From: Eledone cirrhosa
Lineage: Eukaryota
Reading direction: 5' to 3'
Assembly: GCA_964016885.1 (NCBI GenBank)
Contig: OZ024740.1
Location: 351,416,001 to 351,480,000 of the forward strand
DNA: 64,000 nt
Shown here in pieces: positions 40,501 through 53,823 of this stretch. The position numbers and the translations under genes are program-made. Positions within the stretch are counted from its first letter, which is position 1, and every line of letters starts with the position of its first letter. The notes beneath the pieces were generated by a model. The model was not told the origin of the DNA, ran no database searches, and worked only from the letters and a program-made list of their open reading frames with translations.

Positions 40501-41789
40501 CGTACAACAAATACATTGCCCACAATACTTATGCTGTGCCAATTCTAACGCCAACATTTGGCCTGCTGAACTGGTCATTGCAAGAACTAAGTGAGATGGA
40601 TGTTAGAACTCGCAAACTTCTCAGTGTTACTGGGAACTTTAACATCAATGGTGATGTGGATAGGCTATACTTCTCACGCAAGGAAGGTGGCCGGGGGTCT
40701 AAAATCCATATTAACATCACATGAGACCCGGATAGTAACACTGAAGCAACACCTTCAACAGAGGAAAAAGGTTGGCAACCATCTTGCCCAGGTTTATGAG
40801 CATGAAAAAAAATATATCATTAGAATAGCCACTGATCTGGAGGAGAGATATGGAATAAAGCCTGATATAAATCTCTCACCCAGAGAAATCGGAAGATCCT
40901 ATTCAATGTTCAAACAAGATGAAAATATTGACCAATTTACAGAAAAAGTTGTGCATGGATACTTGAGACGTAAAACACAGACCATAGAGGGGATAAACCA
41001 CTCAAAAAGCTTGGCATGGAGTTCCGACAAGTTTATGACATCACACCTTGAGGAATATCTCTATACAATACAGGAACAAGAACTCCCTACCAAATATCTG
41101 CTGTACAAAAGGGGAGGGCCATCAGCTGACAATAAATGTAGGCTATGTAAAACAAAGATCGAGGATGTAAGCCACATTGTTGCCAGCTGCGAAAGAATGT
41201 CATCTCGCTACTACCTCCCCATGAGACACGATGGGATAGCTAGAACCATCTGGAACGCACTTCGGAAAACAAAATTAACAACAAACGAGGAAGAATATAT
41301 TGAGACAGATGGCACTAAGGAATACTGGTGGAACCTTAAAATAAAAACTGCCACCAAATTAAAGCACAACCGGCCTGATATTGTTGTTTGGGACCACACA
41401 ATGAAAACGTGTTCTGTTGTGGAGATCAGCTGCCCACTTGATGTAAATGTTGTCAGAAAAATACAGGAGAAGGAGGACATCTACGGACCATTGATGAGGA
41501 GTTTACAAATCCAGTATCCAAGATACACCTTTAGCTTCATACCCATCATTATTGGAGTTACAGGTTATATACCAACCCGCTTGGACCAAAGTATGACTGA
41601 ACTTGGATTTGCGGACAAAGAGCGCAGCTCCCTAATTCATAGTCTACAAATGGCTGCGATAGCTGGCACCTTCAAAATTTGCAAAACATTCTTGGATTCA
41701 AAGGATGACAATTTCTTTTCTTTTACAACCTTGCCACCAGGAAGGTGGCCGGTAAAAAAAATATACTCGAAATTAAGAGAAAGAGATAA
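37584..41789 (+). mobile_element. Near full-length R4/Dong-clade non-LTR retrotransposon
   Basis: 5' UTR, single frameshifted ORF, short 3' UTR; (CATA)n-like sequence on both flanks. Confidence 0.8.
38200..41710 (+). pseudogene. RT + CCHC knuckle + restriction-like endonuclease ORF with about 4 frameshifts
   Basis: N-terminal WSYELNKELYEAY..SEP; KSPGPD, NYRPIAC, WLDYQKAFDSVPH, IFQGDGLS, HLFFVDDLKLY, DRLYFSRKEGGRG; CRLC...HIVASC; RHD; HNRPDIVVWD..VVEISCP. Confidence 0.92.
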
Positions 41790-41902
41790 CATACGTACGT
41801 ACATACGACATACATCCCTGCAGGCATAGATGCAGACATGCATAAATTGCCATACGGATGTCTAAATTCCGATGAAAGAGCCTTGTTTCTAGGTTAGAAA
41901 CC

Positions 41903-41992
<90 letters not shown>

Positions 41993-42654
41993 GTGAGAGA
42001 AAGAGGGAGAGAAAGAGAGGAACACCGTCAATTGCCTTAACTTGAACATTAAGAGATCTAGAATAATCCAAAGCCATTCACGAACTCAAACAAGCGTAAC
42101 CCATACAACTACCTTCAAAATCATTCATCGGACACAAACTGCTCACGAAAGGGTTAAATCACACACGTCCTTCTAAATTTTGTAGCAAACCTCTCGGCAA
42201 ACAACCACTGACGACCACCAATTACAGGTATGAGGGTGACAACCGCCATCAGGCTGTAGCTGCCATATTACGTAGTTTCTATATAATAATCTGAAGCGAC
42301 TACAAGTCCAATAGGTAATCTTAGAGTTCTTACACAGCCTCATTTCTCCCAGTGATTAACTGAGTTGCCACTTGTTCTATGCCATCTCTTCGAAGGACTA
42401 GTCAAAACTATTTATTTTTATTAATGTTTATTTTTATCTTCCTCTTCTTCGCTTTGTGCACCCTATTATCATCAATTCTTTTTCAGTTGAAGTACATTGG
42501 TTTGAAGCAATTGTTTTAGCTTTATTTGTGTAATTCGTTGAAAAGCATAATTTGTCCTATGTCACCCTTTTTTGTCCTATTACTATGTCATTTTTTTCGT
42601 TCCTTCCACTTCTCACTCACTATTTTTCTATTTTCTCTTTTATTTCTAATTTTA

Positions 42655-42690
42655 TCTTCTGATGAAGGACTAATATCCGAAACGTAAATA
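42655..42690 (+). ncRNA. Minimal PLE-type hammerhead (degenerate)
   Basis: TCTT-CTGATGA-aGGA ctaata TCC-GAAA-CG-TA-AATA; same downstream CCTACTATATCAAGTG as 31278. Confidence 0.6.
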
Positions 42691-42801
42691 CTAGTTTCCT
42701 ACTATATCAAGTGTTAAACTAATATATTTCTTCATTGTACTGTGTTGCTTGCTTTGTTGTTTCTGTTTTCTTTTTGCATATATATATGTGTGTGTGTGTG
42801 T

Positions 42802-42865
<64 letters not shown>

Positions 42866-44439
42866 AGGTTGTATGAAAAACCCGGAAGAGCATACATATA
42901 TAAACCAACATCCAGTGACCTAAAGTGTTGGATCCTATGCAGATACTTGATTTGTTAGGAGTAGCAACCAATTCTCCAAAAATACACACCCTAACATCTG
43001 TTAAAATCTATGAACACATTTTAGAAAATAATTTTAAATATGCAAACGATATGCAAAAAAGACGGCATAGTTACAGATAGCACCGCTTTGAATCTTAGGT
43101 CAGCTCTGTGAGGGCTGGTTTGGAGCTAAGCAGAAACCACAAGAATACGTAATGTCTTTACCGGTGTTTACTCTTTTGCGATCACTCGGATCAAGCACTT
43201 TAGTTTCCTCCTCTCTCGAGTTTTCTCTACAAAGAATTGACCAGGTTGTGTTCAAGCTGTGTATCAGCCGTATCAGTTTGATACCTCTATAAGGGTGGCT
43301 CAAACTTCATGAGCTCTGCTCTTTATTCCTTTATATACTCATAAAATGAACATTGCACATATTAACTTTAGGAAGATCCGATACATATTTGTATGCGTGT
43401 ATCAGTGTGTATGTGTGTGTTTGCATGTGTATGTGATCGTGTGTGTGTGATCGTGTGTGTGTGTCCACGTCTGTGTGCCCGTGACTTTGTGTATATATGT
43501 GTGTGTGTGGCCGTTTGTGTGTCTATGTATGTATAAATGCGTGAATGTATGTGTGTGTGTACGCTGATGTTTGTATCAAGGACTTGTTTACGAATTTATA
43601 TTCATGCATTAACATTCTTTCATTCGCTCATTCATTCATTCACTTATTCATTCATTCATTTGTTGTTCATTCAATCGTCCGTTACAATTTCATTCCTTCA
43701 ATGCTGCCTCTAACAAAACAAATTCCACAGTATGTATATATCCGTCATTGAAAATTACTATAAAGGAATTATATTCAATGCTAATCCATTCTCTTTTATA
43801 GCACTCCATTCTAAACCATTCTATTCTATTATATTCTACTGTTCACTTTTCTGCTGTTCTGTTCAATTCGGAATTTTTTTCTATTGAATCCCACACTCTT
43901 CTATTTTATTCTATTCTGTTGATCTTCCGAGCTATTTTTTTTTTTCTTCATCTCAAAAAGTTAGACTGGGACATCGAGCAAACATGGGAATCTCAATATG
44001 TCCGCTTGGTTTTCAAGATATTTCAGCTAAATCTTTCTCACATACTTCCCTACTGTTTTCAAAGGTGCTAAATGTACAGGCTAAACCAGTGAACAAGGTT
44101 AACAAAATAAAACACCGATAATTATATATTGTCGTAGATAAATACAAAGGGCAAATGGTGACAAATAAAACAAAACAAAGTAATGACTTACCAAATATAT
44201 TTATAAATGTTTGGTTCCTACACAGAAATAAACATTGTAAACATAACAAAAATCTAAAAGTTCTGCAACACAACATTAATACCATAGAAGCCTCGAATCC
44301 AGAAGGAATCGCTACACTTACAATTCACCAATATCTATATTACGTGTAGTAGCAGAATCTAGAAGCTCGCAATTCTTATTAAAGATTAACGAAAATCCCA
44401 GGTGAAGTAGCTCCATACAGGTCTATTAACCATCTCTGC

Positions 44440-45170
44440 CTTTAAGTGCGCCCGTAATCCGCTACCATTTTCTGCATAGTTCCTCACCTTATTCATCTAG
44501 GACTCCACCCGACTCTCGTCCCTGCTCTCACCCCCGCTGTAATACCTGCCCCTTCTTCTTCGCCCACTTATTCCTGAGAGGGTCGTGGGGGCAGAGTCTT
44601 CAAACACTCCAGCTATTCCTGTCAGACGTAATCGTCTCCAACTGATCCGGTTTCATCCCCAAGCGAGACCAGCCAAGCTTATGGATGTTATGCAACCATC
44701 TTGTTCGGCGTATACCACTGGGTCTCCTACTGCATGGTTTTTCCCGTAAAATTTGTCCAGTGATTCTTTCCTGAGACATTCTAACCACATGTCCATAGTA
44801 TCGGAGCTGTGATCTCTCATTCCCTTCATAGAAAACCTCACCACCCTCACAGGTACGAACCATTCCTTTCACACCCGTAACTCCTTTCCATGCACCTCCA
44901 ACAATGTTGTCTATGCCCTCCGGTGTTCTCTCTGCGGATCCATATATATTAGACAAATAGACCGCCAGCTAGCGGACCGATTCTCTGAATATCTAAGAGA
45001 CATACGATTTGGCCAAGATATACCTCCGCCCGTCACTCTCGTTCATCCAATCACTCAACTCAACACCTCTCTGTCTCCAGCACCATTCTACATCACAGGT
45101 CCCCAGCCATTCACTTCAGAACTGAGTAGATTTTCTGCATTGGAACTACCTTCTCGGATGATCTCAACCC
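44440..45170 (+). pseudogene. Neptune-type PLE GIY-YIG fragment
   Basis: PCSHPRCNTCPF at about 44520, then F.CTSNNVVYALRCSLCGSIYI.Q..RQLADRFSE at about 44885-44990; interrupted by an RTE fragment. Confidence 0.75.
44565..44820 (-). pseudogene. RTE LINE 3' fragment nested in the PLE
   Basis: RSQLRYYGHVVRMSQERI...RRPSG..RTRW...DRNSW. Confidence 0.8.
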
Positions 45171-45256
45171 CACACCCCACATACACACAGTACCTATAAT
45201 CTCTACCACTGTTTATATAACCTCTAGTCATCCTTGCACACACACACACACACACA

Positions 45257-45321
<65 letters not shown>

Positions 45322-45919
45322 CACACGTATATACCACCCAACACACATATATGCCTCAGCACACACATAACCCACACATTCCTACACACACACAATAGGG
45401 CGGATACAATATCCACCCCACTGAACCAACCGGCCCCACCACACACACAAGCTTTAACCTCCATGCGCACAAACATAGATACACACACACACATGCACAC
45501 ATCATATAAGCATACAGCTCTTCCTCGCCACCACTTTCACTATAAACACCACATATACAACTCCTTCCACCGCTACTCCACCTACCCATTTAGATGACAT
45601 GTACACATATGTGCGTACGTATACATGTACGCATATACACGTAGTCAGGCACCACACAACACCAACATATAACATTTTATGGCTCTCACTAGAAGGTACG
45701 GGGGTGCTTGTGTCTCATGCGCATGCGGCTGTGTTCGCTGGTACCCACTGCCGGAGCTAGGCCGCGGACGGTGATAAATGCTTCCCAACATTTACTCCGG
45801 GTCATCACCACCATCTGCCCGTCACTAACTCTGTAAAAGTTATCCTATATATATATACATATATTAAGCATTCTATCCGACGTTCTAACGACTCAGCCAA
45901 TTCGCATTATTATTATCGA

Positions 45920-46320
45920 GGCCGGGGGATTGGCAGTATCGGTAGAAGGTCGGACGCCATGCTTTGCAGCATAGAGTTATGCCCCTTTATGGTCTGATTT
46001 CAAATCCCGCCGAGGTTAACTTTGCCTTTCATCCTTACGGGGTCGATAAAATAAAGTAGCAGTAATGTACTGTGTTATTGCTGGCCTTGTGCCAAAAGTA
46101 GAAACAATTATTATTATACATTGGCAGTATCGGTAGACGGTTGGACGCCATGCTTTGCAGCATAGAGTTACGGCTCTTTACGATCTGAGTTCAAATCCCG
46201 CCGAGGTTAACTTTGCCTTACGGGGTCGATAAAATAAAGTAGCAGTAATGCATTGGGGTCGATTAAATCGATTTCCCCCTCTCCAAAATTGCTGGCCTTG
46301 TACCTATATAAGAAACCATT
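45920..46320 (+). mobile_element. Two tandem SINE family 1 copies
   Basis: 45920-46110 and 46120-46320, each with TTGGCAGTATCGGTAG head, a B-box and TACGGGGTCGATAAAATAAAG. Confidence 0.85.
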
Positions 46321-47126
46321 ATATATATAATAAAAACGAAAGACTAAAAGCTACTGAAATACAAGTAGAAATTTAAATGCGACAGAAGCTATAAGTTATT
46401 TATGAATGCTGTATAAATGAATAATTCTGCTTATGACGTGGTACTTTTATATTTCCTAAATTGGTATTCTAGTATTTCTAAGAGAAATCTCATAGATTTG
46501 ATGATAAGACTTTGTTTCTGAAAATAATGCTGATTTATAGAATTTGTCTAATTTATAATTAACATTTTTGTTTTTTTATATATTTACATTCATTATCAAT
46601 TGCATTCCAATCCTACATTGATTTAGATTCAACATTAATTGTATCACGTAAATTCATTTTCAACTGCATTTCTTTGTCAGATTAATTTGTTGCTGCTGCT
46701 GCTGTTGGTGATGATGGTGGGTGTGTCGTCATCGTTCTTATTTACCACCAAAGTCAGTCGCAATCAATTTAATTATTGCTTTTACTACCTCATATACTGG
46801 AAGGGCAATGTCCAAGTTTGTGACGACAGCTCGATATTCAATGGTGTCAATTAAAACAAAAAGTATTCAATTCAATGACCGACAATCTTTGTTGATTTAA
46901 TGAATAGAGTAGAGTCTTCCCTAAAAAGTAGAGAAGTGACACACAGAACCTTTAACTCCAAAAGTTTGCTTCATGAGAAGAAAGAGTTTCTAGCCAACAC
47001 TAGCTTCGACGAAAACTCGAATGTACGCAAGACATTCCTATCAGGGCTTTGGTTGATAGGTTGGTTGGTAGGTAGGTAGGTAGGACGGACGAAGTCAGCG
47101 TAATTTATACATATATGATAAATAAT

Positions 47127-47310
47127 AATTGTTTCTACTATTGGCACAAGGCCAGCAATTACCTAGTACATTACTGGTACTTTATTTTATCGACCCCGTA
47201 AGGATGAAAGGCAAAGTAGACCTTGGCAGGATTTGAACTCAGAATGGCAAAGGCCCTAACTCTATGCGTCAAAGCATGGCGTCCGACCCTCTACCGATAC
47301 TACCAATTCA
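47127..47310 (-). mobile_element. SINE family 1
   Basis: Same consensus; flanked by direct repeat CATATATGATAAATAATAAT / CATATGATAAATAATAAT. Confidence 0.85.
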
Positions 47311-48401
47311 TATGATAAATAATAATAGAAGAAAAAATGAAAGAAAATTGTAATTGATTTAAATGAATGTAAAATGAAATACGGTGATAGCCGGACTGAC
47401 ATGTTTAGCCGATCTTGAGTGGTTATTAGGTGCTCTTGTTTATTTATTTTTATGTTATTAAATGTGCAATCTTGTATTAGGATACAAAGCCACTAATTAT
47501 AACTCTGACATTGAAGCGATTTCAAATAAGATTGAAAGCCAATAATTGAACTGAATATGAAAAAAAAAAAATAAGCTAAAATCTTTAGCGTATAGATCCA
47601 CTAGTATGGGTTTTCCATCAGCTTATATTTAGTTTCTGATTTGTAATATTCCTTGCCTTTAATAAGCTAATACTTACTGCTATAGAGTCGGTTTCCAATC
47701 ATAAGGTCTTGGGTTATAACCCTGACCTTATGATTGAAAAGCGATGTTCTTATTGTAGCAAGATGATTTGAAGTGCATTGTGTGTATGTTTGTGTGCAAA
47801 TTTTTAAGAGCGATAGACAGAGATATATGTAAATAAATATACAAACGCACATGGTGTATTGTTGTGGTTGATGACTTAGTCAGGAGAAAAGATCGTAACC
47901 ATGACCTATGTTGATTTCTACTTTGGGGCGCAAGGCTATAAATTTGTCTGAGGGAAGCTTAATAGACAATTGAATCGCCTTCATTAATGGCCTTTATTTT
48001 AATTATCCTGTGAGGGTAAAATACAATAAGAACCATGGAGGGATTTGAACTATGAATGTAAAGAAACGTATCTAAATACTCCAGAACATTTCATCCGGAA
48101 CCGCTATAACTTTCCACGCCACCCAATCCTAGGATGAATATGAACAAATTTTACATTACAGTAGCTATGTCAATACTATACAGGACCAATTCCTTTGCTA
48201 TCAAACCAGAGATGAAAACTGGCTGTTATGTCCCTCATAGCTACCAAATGTCGTCATATACATAACATACATACCTACATATATGTGTGTGTGTGTCAGC
48301 TCACACCTATGCAAGTTTAGCTGGCCTCCTCCAAGGTATATCTCGTTGGGGGTGTCTTGGGTAATTTAATGATAGGGACCCCAGTCCTATCATCTCATTT
48401 C

Positions 48402-48678
<277 letters not shown>

Positions 48679-48764
48679 AATAAATGACAACACAAACTCT
48701 GAGATGCAAACATACAGTCTTATTAGTATCGCGCTTAGGAGGAAGCAGAGGAGGGTTTGTTTGT

Positions 48765-48836
<72 letters not shown>

Positions 48837-48842
48837 ATATAT

Positions 48843-49408
48843 ATATATAAACAAATAGTAGAAAGGAAAAAGATTTTTTTCAGTAGAATATGTTGAAAAG
48901 ATTCTTTCAGTGAAATATCAAACATTAACTTATTTACAATACCGGTTTCAGCATTATATGCATTGTCAATTGCGGATATGCAGAATATTGTTAAATTGCA
49001 TATAGTGATAATAATAATTGTTATCACAAATAGTGATAATAATAATGGTTTCTACTTTTGGCACAATGCCAGCAATTACCCAGTGCATTACTGTTACTTT
49101 ATTTTATCGACCCCGTAAGGATGAAAGGCAAAGTTAACCTCGGCGGGATTTGAACTCAAATCATAAAGGGAGGTAACTCTATGCTTCAAAGCATGGCGTC
49201 CGACCCTCTACCGATACTGCCAATCCACCGCCCTTATAGTGATAATAATAATAATAATAAAAAGAGGAAGAAAAATGATTTTCACATACATGTTCATTCA
49301 GAAAAGAGAGTTCATTTCTTTGTCCATCCTTCTCTGTTAATAGCTTTAAACAGAGAAATGAACTCACTTCTCTGAATGAAAATGTTTGTGAAAATTAATT
49401 TTTCCCCC

Positions 49409-49460
<52 letters not shown>

Positions 49461-49636
49461 CACTATTTGTACAAATATGCAACTTAACAATATTCTGCAT
49501 ATCCGCAATTGACAATGCATATAATGCTGAAACCGGTATTGTAAATAAATTAATGTTTTGATATTTGACTGAAAGAATCTTTTCAATATTTTCTACTGAC
49601 AATCTTTTCCTTTCTACTATTTGTTTTTATATATAT
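48843..49636. mobile_element. Large fold-back element with a SINE inserted in the left arm
   Basis: Outer arms 48843-49003/49475-49636; inner arms about 49250-49323/49350-49420; decayed hammerhead GCAA-TTGACAA-tGCATataATGCt-GAAA-CCGG-TA-TTGT. Confidence 0.8.
49048..49234 (-). mobile_element. SINE family 1 with TSD
   Basis: Consensus match; ATAGTGATAATAATAAT on both sides. Confidence 0.88.
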
Positions 49637-50046
49637 CAACTCATGTGTTACTTTTCTACATTCGACCCACACAGTAATGACTTCGAGAGAAACAACAACA
49701 CTCCTGTCGATGTCTCAGAGCTTACAAAATCTTCTGCGTCACTGGTTACAATTACATTATATTAAGCTAGATGAGCCAGCGGAGTATCCGTTGCGTGATA
49801 TTATCTTGTCGTCTATTAGAATTCTATTCACATCTGCGATGCATTATAGAAATCAACATAGTATTTGACTGGTACGTTTTCTATTGACGCTAGATGGATA
49901 AAGGTTGACCACGGTAGAATTTGAATTCAAAATATCATGAGCCATAACTAAGGGACGCAACAGCAAGGATTTTTGTCCAAAGGTCTAACGATTCTGCCAA
50001 GTCTAGAAATAGCAGCCAAATATCCATCAAACCATACGTCTTAAAG

Positions 50047-50503
50047 CAGAGTTTCTCAAAGTGGGCGCTACCACCCGTGGGTGTTGCGAAGGTAAAGAGG
50101 GGGCGGGCTGGTGGGTAGAAATGATATAATAGTATATTAAATATCAAATGATACATATTACATATGAATATAGTAAAATAAAAAATATATAATATTTATT
50201 TATACATAGTATATATATTATTTATTATATAGAACTATATAACTGCTCTCTATATAACTGCTCTGTAGAACAACTGATGTTATTACATTGAGCTATTTAT
50301 CTTACTGGTAATAAGGTAGTAATAAATTACTGTCTTTCACTGTTTAGGGTTTAAAATATTTATTATATATAAATTAACGATTTTATTTATTATATATTAT
50401 TTACAATTTGCGTGTAGGCAGGTCTCTCTGGAAATAGTTGTGGAGGGCGCTGGGTGTATTACGTGACCGTGAGGTGGGGAGGGGCAAAAGTTTAGAATCT
50501 CTG
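50047..50503. mobile_element. hAT-type MITE
   Basis: TIRs CAGAGTTTCTCAAA / TTTAGAATCTCTG; perfect 8-bp TSD TCTTAAAG. Confidence 0.85.
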
Positions 50504-51202
50504 TCTTAAAGAAAGAAAACACATTGAATAATGTAGCACTATGTACACAATATGTGCGGTAAGAGCACAGAATGAGTGATCGCGGTTGAAATGCATTTGA
50601 TCATAGATCAGCTTGATCGGCTTAACCTCGACCTAAACAACAACGAAATGAAGTACAGTAAATTCGATAATGTTAAATGAAGATATGAATAAATTAAAAT
50701 AACTTTTTAAAGACAGAAAAAGCAAAGCAGAAGGAATGATAAATTATCTTCATTTGTTAAGAGATTAATTAGTTAATATATGGTTTAGAATATTTTTTCC
50801 TAATTATCTAATCCGTTTGGAATTTCGAATTTTTCATTCATATAATTAACTATACGGATCTTTTAGTTTTATTTTTCGTTTCGTTGGGTTTAATTGGGAG
50901 GGGGGTATTGAACTTGTGAGTGTTACCATATTTGTCTCCGTAATATAATTATATAATGTGAATAGTTACTCATGTCTTACATATTGTTCATAATAGATTA
51001 ATAGCATATATATTAAATATTACATTGATATTATATAACATAAACATTGCTTAAACACATTAAACATAAAACTTGGAAATATACACTGACACACAAGTAT
51101 GTGTGTTTGTGTCACCTCTTCCAACATGCAGGGATAGCATTACCTATTCTAAAATGGATGTACACAGTGCAGAAACTAGGGTAGATGTCTTGTGAGGATG
51201 TA

Positions 51203-51450
51203 CGTGGCCTAGTGGTAAGGGTGTTGGGGTTCAATTCCTTGGCTGGGTTGTTCTTGAACAAAACATTTCATTTCACGTTGCTCCAGTATACTCTGCTGAA
51301 AATGAATACCAGCAATAGTTGGGGGTTTAATCCTGCGATGCACTGGCGTCCTATCCAGGGGTGAGACTTGTACTCTCAGTCGCTTCACGCCATGGAAACC
51401 GGGATAAGCACCAGACCGATGAACCACCGAGCCCGAGACAGACTTTAGAT
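51203..51450 (+). mobile_element. tRNA-derived SINE family 2 (V-SINE-like domain)
   Basis: GTGGCCTAGTGG A-box, GGTTCAATTCC B-box, CCTGCGATGCACTGGCGTCCTATCCAGGG. Confidence 0.75.
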
Positions 51451-51708
51451 TTTATAATATAACTCGGGTAAAATACTCCTGGAGACGGTTAAAGTAGACA
51501 GAACCACTTGCAGGAATCAAATCATGCGGCCGTCGGTATACGACGGATGCGTGTTTCGATATTCCGTCTCCTGTAGTATTTTATCAACTATTATTTATAG
51601 TTCATCTGCATTGTGCAAGCTTTTTCAAAAGCAAACATACCTTCAAATGTCTTTAATGCTCTGTAAAGTAGCCAATATATATATAATATATATATATGAT
51701 ATATATAT

Positions 51709-51938
51709 ATAATAAAATAACAGGCGGGTGGACTTCTGTAAATCCTTGAAAGGTTTATTATACTATGATCATTCAATGACCGGGTTCCGTATGAATCCGG
51801 TGATATCATCAGGTATTCGAAATATTTCGAATACCTGATGATATCACCGGATTCATACGGAACCCGGTCATTGAATGATCATAGTATAATAAACCTTTCA
51901 AGGATTTACACAAGTCCAGCCTCCTGTTATTTTATTAT
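51709..51938. repeat. 230-bp spacerless near-perfect palindrome
   Basis: Centre GAAAT|ATTTC at 51823/51824; arm contains ATAC-CTGATGA-...ACCGG..CCGGT...-GAA-TGATCA-TA-GTAT (hammerhead lacking one A). Confidence 0.9.
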
Positions 51939-52154
51939 AATAATTAACTCCGTACTCTCACCACCAACTACACAAACGAAGACGGTTGAGCTGCTTTACG
52001 TTGGGTACTCTCCATATTATTACATCAAGATTGACTATACGGAATGAGCAACTCTATCCAGTGGTGAACCTTCAAACCTAAATAAATATACATATAGGGC
52101 GGTGCCCCAGCATGGCCTCAGCCGGATGGCTGAAACAGGTAAAAGAGTAAAAGA

Positions 52155-52248
<94 letters not shown>

Positions 52249-52299
52249 GGACTTCCGTTTGAAGCACCGAACCCTCCTCTACATCCTCCTAAACGTGAT

Positions 52300-52344
<45 letters not shown>

Positions 52345-52431
52345 CGTACCAAAAATGTTGGTACCCTTGAAATATATATAATAAAATAAATATGGTTTTA
52401 TAAAGATAGTTTCCATTTATTAATATTATTG

Positions 52432-52473
<42 letters not shown>

Positions 52474-52479
52474 TATATT

Positions 52480-53145
52480 CTATTATGTGTTCCAGCCAGG
52501 GGCTGAGGCCATGCTGGGGCGCCACCACCGATGCTACACTATCTATAGTCACCGTTCCCTGGTTGGTCATTGACGCAAAGGGGAGTTTGTTGCTGCTGGA
52601 CTTATTTGTGCTTCGCCTCGTGCTGTGGGTTCATCCGGTATCTTGGTCAGTAGAAAGCATCTACATACATACCATGTAGATCTCCCAGATTTTTTGGCAG
52701 CTGATTAAAAATTTGGGGTCCTTTGAACCCTAGGCTATTGCAGTATGTGGTCCTTATTATCGATGCGACGGATAGGACCTTTGGCACTACACAGTGGCAT
52801 CCTGTTCGTAGGCTAATCCTGCTTTCATTGCCGAAGTTTGGTGCTAACCCCTCCGGGATCTTCCATATGTATATCCCTGCATATCTCTCCCGTCTCCACT
52901 CCAGGGAGTAAAGCTTCAGTTTCTTCAGCTTCTCCCAGTAGCTCATCTCTTTCATTGAAGCAATCCTCTTGGTATAGCTTCGTTGGATTGTTTATAGTTC
53001 TGCAGTTAGTTTGACACTGTGGGGCGACTACAGCTGAGAGCAATAGTCCAGTATGCTGAAGACGAAAGTCCTCTAGAGGACCAACATGGTTTCCGGGCCC
53101 CTTATCCTAAATGTCCTCAGAATCCGACCCGCCAGTCTTCTGCTT
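52480..53145 (-). pseudogene. CR1-group LINE 3' fragment
   Basis: MSYWEKLKKLKLYSLEWRRERY..IYIWKI.EGLAPN...GPQIFNQLP; 3' tail CCCCAGCATGGCCTCAGCC also present at 52105-52157 (+). Confidence 0.8.
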
Positions 53146-53659
53146 TAATGAATAACACCTCTTCTAATTGCTAAATTTCTGCTGTAACTAATTTATAGAC
53201 AAATTTACTAATGATTGCTCCACCACCTATTAACTGGTAAGTAATAGCCAGTTGCAATTGTTGACCCCGATAAAAAGAACAAATATCTCTTTATTCTTGG
53301 GGAAGCAACTAACATTTTCAAACCGATTTCAACAAGTGAGTCCCGTTCGAAAACTACTGTCTCATTACAACCATAAATCCTAACACTAAATCTTAATTCT
53401 AAACCTACCTTTAACCCTAAACCCTAACACTTTTTCTTTACAGAATAGTAATTTCTAATATCTAAAACAGACATCCGAAACCTTTCTAAAAAAAAAAAAT
53501 GAAAAAGTTACATGGAGGGTGTACTTATTGCACAGCATCACGAAAATATTTGATTTAGAACCGACAGATAATTAAAAACTGAAATTTAAATTTAAAAGTA
53601 TCAAAAAACCTAAATATTTAGAAAATAGCTGTGTACAATTCTGAAAAATAGCGTAAACT

Positions 53660-53823
53660 GCTTCTATTTTTAGCACAAGGCCAGCAATTATCCCATACTT
53701 TATTTTATCGACCCCGTAAGGATGAAAGGCAAAGTTAACCTCGGCAGGATTGGAACTCAGACCGTAAAGGGATGTAACTCTATGCCGCAAAGCATGGCGC
53801 CCGACTCTCTACTGGTACTACCA
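53660..53823 (-). mobile_element. SINE family 1
   Basis: Consensus match with an internal deletion. Confidence 0.8.

Noticed and set aside
53370-53430. Telomere-like CCCTAA motifs
   Set aside because: Only a few degenerate units; not a telomeric array.
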